This document shows, in pieces, positions 22,990 through 28,412 of a DNA stretch of 28,412 nt. The notes beneath the pieces were generated by a model. That model was not told the DNA's origin, did no database searches, and saw nothing but the letters and a program-made list of their open reading frames with translations. This stretch comes from Ginkgo biloba (Eukaryota; Plantae; Ginkgophyta), in NCBI GenBank assembly GCA_024626585.2, contig JANKJI020000002.1:250823866-250852277 (forward strand), in the 5' to 3' direction. Each line of letters begins with the position of its first letter. The first letter of the stretch is position 1. The position numbers were made by a program, and so were the translations under genes.

Positions 22990-23487
22990 TTGATCAAACT
23001 ATTTTTCAATAAGAGTATAGTTCAACTCGTAACCGATTAATGTACGACTAATGAAGAATATTGCATGTTCTTTATCCTAGTTGTCTTTCTGGGCCAATAT
23101 ACCCCCAAGGGAGTAATTGATTGCTGAGGTGTAGAGGATAAAGTATTTTTCAAATGAAAAAGGCATTAATATGGGGGAAGATGTCAGGGATTCCTTCATA
23201 TTCTTGAATGCATGATTTCCCTAAGAAGACCAATAAAATGGTACACCTTTCTNNNNNNNNNNGTTTGGCCTTAAAGGAAAAGTCAACAATGAATCTTCGT
23301 AAATATTCCAATTTTCCTAAGAAGGATTTAATATCTTTTTGTGTCCTAGGTAGAGACATATCAACGAGAACTTTTACTTTATCTAGGTTAGGTTCTATAC
23401 CTCTCAATAATACTAGGTGTTCGAGAATTTTCCCAAAGGAGACTAAAAATATGCATTTTTCTGGATTCAAACTTAAATGATATTTCT
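22990..23487 (-). mobile_element. Ty3/gypsy (Tat/Ogre-like) RT C-terminus and RNase H fragment
   Basis: LNPEKCIF...GKILEHLV..RGIE....KVK...SFLGKLEYLRRFI, then YFILYTSA....LGGILAQ....EHAIFFISRTL...ELNYTLIEK. Confidence 0.88.
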
Positions 23488-24895
23488 NNNNNNNNNNNNN
23501 NNNNNNNNNNNNNNNNNNNNNNNNNNNNNNNNNNNNNNNNNNNNNNNNNNNNNNNNNNNNNNNNNNNNNNNNNNNNNNNNNNNNNNNCCATGAAAGTGGT
23601 AGATTAAGAATCATTAGATTGATATTTCTTCTTAGTCCACCCATTTTATGGTGAATGAGATTGCAAATTGATCATGAAATTAAATTAAAAAATTAAATTG
23701 GTCAACTATGGTGGGTTATAAAGGTGTCACATTGTATAGTAATATATAATAAAATTAGAGAAAATATTCTCAACTTCTTCTCCTACTTTCTCCTTTTTAC
23801 CAAAATACATAATTATCTCTATTATTTTTCTTATGATATCCTTTGGTTCACTAAATATAATTGATAAAGAGTGCAACCTAAAGTAATTGATGAGGAATCT
23901 TGAAAATAAAGTCTCAATCACTAATTCCCATAGGAACAAAATGTGTCTATGCCCCCTCAATGCATTGACACTCATTCAAATAAAATCTTTGTATTAGTGT
24001 CTAGAAGGAATAATTAAAATTATCCATCAAATATGGTCTACAGGTGATGTAGTTGTTGAATATCTATAGGAATTATATCAACTTTTGTTGATAGTCTATG
24101 TATTTATTGAATCCATCATCCAACTCCTAATGTCATATTTTAAACTTATTATAAATTTAATATTCTAAACCAATAGATTCAAATTCATTTTCTTATCTTC
24201 ATTTAGTGAACCATTCAACTATAGCATTCCTTATTTATGAATTATAAACTATTTATACACATGTTAATGAAATCTATATGTTTTGATTCTTTTCCACTAT
24301 NNNNNNNNNNNNNNNNNNNNNNNNNNNNNNNNNNNNNNNNNNNNNNNNNNNNNNNNNNNNNNNNNNNATGAATTTTAGGATATTTAATTATATATAGAAA
24401 AAGAAAATAATGCCTTTAATTATGACATAGTGCCCAAATTTTATAATGCTCCAATTTACCAGAATTTACAATTGCATAAACATAGACATTTATCCACCTC
24501 AAGAAATGAACACAACCATATGAAACTTGCACAAAATAATACTTATCTCAAGTTTTAATAATCAACATTCTAGGGGAGAGTACAAAATTTTATGTTCTTT
24601 AGGTTCTAGGAATTCCACTAAATAGCTACAAATTGCTTGATCCTTACTAGTTCCTTCTTTCTTTGATCTTTCATATTTTCTTCCCTCTAGATTCTCTTGA
24701 TACTTCCTTAGGATCTATTCCTCAATCCTAATCCTTTTCCTCTTATTTTTTCCCTATATTTTATATGTCTAATNNNNNNNNNNNNNNNNNNNNNNNNNNN
24801 NNNNNNNNNNNNNNNNNNNNNNNNNNNNNNNNNNNNNNNNNNNNNNNNNNNNNNNNNNNNNNNNNNNNNNNNNAGTGACATTTCTTTCCATTTGT

Positions 24896-24945
24896 AACTG
24901 CTACTAATTATACGATTAGGAACTGCTACTAATTATTAGATTAGG
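24896..24945. repeat. 25-bp tandem duplication
   Basis: AACTGCTACTAATTATACGATTAGG followed directly by AACTGCTACTAATTATTAGATTAGG (23/25 identical). Confidence 0.9.
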
Positions 24946-25347
24946 TGCAATCGAGACTTTAATTTGCAGTTCAATAAAGATCGATGTAGACGCTTCTCGC
25001 AATTTCCGTTGAAAGGATAAAAAAGCGCATTAAAACCATATGATGATGAGCAGTAATAAGATAATTTAGCTCTCAAATGTCTGCCTGTCCAGACTCTAGA
25101 TACCCACTCTAAAACAATTCGTTTTTTAATAGATGAATGCGTGCGTAAGCCATCGTATACAGATGATATGGAACAAACTCTTATTGCTAGAACACAAGGT
25201 TACATTGTAACGTTTATTCCGCGGCAAAAACATATATGGACGTTATTGTAAAGTAACTAATGCGTCCTGATCAGTCGCACCAGCTGTGTACTGATATGTT
25301 TGCCAACAATACCTCAAATTTTATTGATTGCAAAACCATTCAGCGGT

Positions 25348-25750
25348 TCAATTCATTCGCCGGCAGTTGTGTCGGATTTCTCCCTTGGATCCTGTCAAGG
25401 GTTTTATGTTGCCCATTTTCACCATTGATTCTGCAAACTGATTGAAGAATAATTCCTCGTTAGCTGCGTATGCATTCACAATCTCCGCTGTCAATTGGTT
25501 AGGATTGGCATAGAGTTCCTCGTCAGAATTCAAAAGTCCCTTCATCTCCTTCAGGTTATTGAAATAATGATTGTCAAATTCAGTTGGGCTGACGAAATCC
25601 AATGGTGATAAGTTGTTATCTCCACCTGAACTTGGACAGCTTGATTTCAATTCTGCTAGAAAACTCTCCTCGATGGTTTGCCATTTCCAGTCTGATTGTA
25701 CAGTCTCTGCCTGAAGCTTGTGCATCGGGACTGGCCGATGGTATGGCTTC
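25348..25750 (-). CDS. Peroxidase exon 4 (contains frameshift near 25675)
   Basis: TGCAG acceptor; SHTIGQSRCTSFRQRLYNQTGNGKP, then a frame change to TIEESFLAELKSSCP...IRHNCRRMN stop. Confidence 0.88.
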
Positions 25751-25855
25751 CTGCATTGCCATCATCACCAAATTTAACAATATTGCATCAAATGATCATT
25801 ACCATTGCCAATATTAAATAAAATGCAATGGTTAGTTGAAAATGTCAAACGGTAC

Positions 25856-26021
25856 CTGAGAGTGCAACCAAATCTACTTCGTTAAGGCCTTGGCGTTTGA
25901 ACTTTGTGATGAGAGTCTGCAGAGTTGAATTTGGGGCTGGAATGTTCTGATTCGCTCCACTAAAGCTTGCACTCCTTGAATCCCTTCTACCCAGTGGGAC
26001 AATCCACTCTGGTCCTCCACT
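25856..26021 (-). CDS. Peroxidase exon 3
   Basis: CAG acceptor; SGGPEWIVPLGRRDS...DLVALS-G; GTACCG donor; 166 nt. Confidence 0.92.
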
Positions 26022-26085
26022 CTGCGAACCGAAATATTGATTTAAACATTAAATATATTACTGGGCTAATATAATTTAGATTTCA

Positions 26086-26307
<222 letters not shown>

Positions 26308-26408
26308 CTACAAATATATCATGTATGTTATGAACTCACACTGATAAATATTCTATTAAACAAAAATATGATATTCGGATGAACTAGTAAAGTAGAATGC
26401 AGGTTTTA

Positions 26409-26608
<200 letters not shown>

Positions 26609-26927
26609 NNNNNNNNNNNNNNNNNNNNNNNNNNNNNNNNNNNNNNNNNNNNNNNNNNNNNNNNNNNNNNNNNNNNNNNNNNNNNNNNNNNNNNNNNNNN
26701 NNNNNNNNNNNNNNNNNNNNNNNNNNNNNNNNNNNNNNNNNNNNNNNNNNNNNNNNNNNNNNNNNNNNNNNNNNNNNNNNNNNNNNNNNNNNNNNNNNNN
26801 NNNNNNNNNNNNNNNNNNNNNNNNNNNNNNNNNNNNNNNNNNNNNNNNNNNNNNNNNNNNNNNNNNNNNNNNNNNNNNNNNNNNNNNNNNNNNNNNNNNN
26901 NNNNNNNTTAATCGGTTCCCCCAAGTA

Positions 26928-27123
26928 ACCTACTACACCTGCAACTCAACAACTCCAATCTCTTAAATTCGCTGTTATCTGCAAATGTTTACAGATTCCG
27001 CAACCATTAAAAATGCCAGCTTCAATCAATACAACTTTATTTTAATTTTATTGCGTTGCTTTTCATCTAATCATATGCTCGACCGACTTAAACATATTTT
27101 CCCATATATCAGAATCTTTGACT
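26928..27123 (-). promoter_or_regulatory. Candidate cis-elements upstream of the peroxidase
   Basis: ACCTACT (AC/SMRE-type MYB site) at 26928-26934 and TTGACT W-box at 27118-27123. These are short motifs and could occur by chance. Confidence 0.3.
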
Positions 27124-27649
27124 TCGTTTTGCCTGTCTTAATTTTAAATATTACATTTTCAAATCTTCCTTCTATGATTGTACCTGAACAAATTTGATTC
27201 CGTAAAAAAAACATTTGCCCATCATTTTATATTACAAGTTTTGAAAACTTTATTATATGANNNNNNNNNNNNNNNNNNNNNNNNNNNNNNNNNNNNNNNN
27301 NNNNNNNNNNNNNNNNNNNNNNNNNNNNNNNNNNNNNNNNNNNNNNNNNNNNNNNNNNNNNNNNNNNNNNNNNNNNNNNNNNNNNNTCTTTGTTACTCCA
27401 CAATGTTCAAATCTTATTCAAGAGTACATATTAGCGAAAGAAAGAGGACTGAAGTTCAACTGTGCAACATAACTAATATAAGTCATGTTTCTCAAAAAAC
27501 TGTGTAATTTTTATTTTGTTGTTGAAATGATACTTTTAAATTATAAAAAATATAGAGTACATATACATGTCTCAAGGTAATACAAAAGCATAACAACTAA
27601 TTGTCATGTACAAAATCTTGTCATGTTCCTATGAGAAGCTAACTACTAT

Positions 27650-28412
27650 TTCCTCAACTGTATAAGTTGATTAGCCCTTACAAGTCCTCAAAAATAGGGA
27701 AATACATCTACCTCTATCATCAGTCATGAATGTCTAGTGGATCATTTTGCCCTGAAGGTATTTGGTTAAGATCCAATCTTGAACTTCGCATAAGTTTATA
27801 TGAATCTACTTCCTCTGAGGAAAATCTTTTGGCCATGTCAAGTGCTTGCAAGAAATCTATAGTGTTACGATCATTTGTTGAACCTTATCCATAAATTGCC
27901 AAGGGGACAAAGAAATTGAGATCTTGAACCAAAGTTGGCTCCTTTCTCCTTTGTTGTTCTTCTTCCTAGGGGAAGACTAGTAAAAGTTATGTCTTGCTAG
28001 TTGACCATTCACCATTCTTTCCCTATAATGTTATTGGATCTATTAAATAATATTTTTTAGTAAGCCGGCTTCTAATGCATGTCCCTCTAATCTAGCCATC
28101 TAAAAATCCAGATTGTGAAGAAGCATTAAGAAGATATATCTAAGAAAATAGCACCATTAAAAAAATTACTTTATTCATGAGTTTCAAAATTATCCACAAT
28201 AGTTCTTATCTAAGGATGTGCCGAGCCTTCATATATCCAACGTCCAAAGCATGAGTGTCCCCTGACAAGGCCATGTTCCACTACAAAGGTTGAAAAAATG
28301 CATGCAATACATCTTATGATTTTTTTTCGAATAGGGCGTACTTTTGGGAAGCTCTAAACAAAATGGCAAATCCAATCCAATTAGGAGCCCATTGCAAACC
28401 AATAAGCAAAGG
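27650..28412 (-). mobile_element. Decayed L1-type LINE 3' region, continuing beyond the window
   Basis: Minus strand gives CLLVCNGLLIG...LPFCLELPKST (zf-RVT-like, similar to the remnant at ~1170) and, ~150 bp on, LLWIILKLMNKVIF (LWxIWxxRNxxIF motif). The left boundary is approximate. Confidence 0.6.

Noticed and set aside
23588-24773. Probable further retroelement debris and an LTR-like pyrimidine-rich stretch
   Set aside because: No motif clear enough to assign.
2831-24945. Short direct repeats as a CRISPR-like array
   Set aside because: Each occurs only twice with no repeat-spacer periodicity, and the context is eukaryotic.
25348-25725. 125-aa ORF beginning MHKLQ as a separate gene
   Set aside because: It is the out-of-frame remainder of peroxidase exon 4; the first 16 residues are read in the wrong frame.

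Overview
AT-rich land-plant nuclear DNA. A gymnosperm-like origin is inferred from the PR-10 sequence and the retroelement types. The window has many N runs; six are exactly 100 N and are probably of unknown true size. Two host genes are present. (1) An intact two-exon PR-10/Bet v 1-family gene on + (join 6214..6391, 6474..6775; 159 aa) whose glycine-rich loop is two residues short (GDAGT instead of GxGGxGT). (2) A four-exon class III secretory peroxidase on - (25348..>26608, AtPrx72-like) with a frameshift in exon 4 that fits a 10-nt microhomology deletion. Most of the rest is decayed retroelement sequence: several L1-type LINE pieces, one with RNase H, a poly(A) end and an extra hydrophobic plus coiled-coil reading frame in its 3' region; a decayed Ty3/gypsy gag-pol; and Tat/Ogre-like gypsy fragments. 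There is also a CpG-retaining promoter-like island at about 2.9-3.8 kb with no recognisable gene behind it, and a relic spliced ORF convergent with PR-10. No rRNA, tRNA or CRISPR features were seen.
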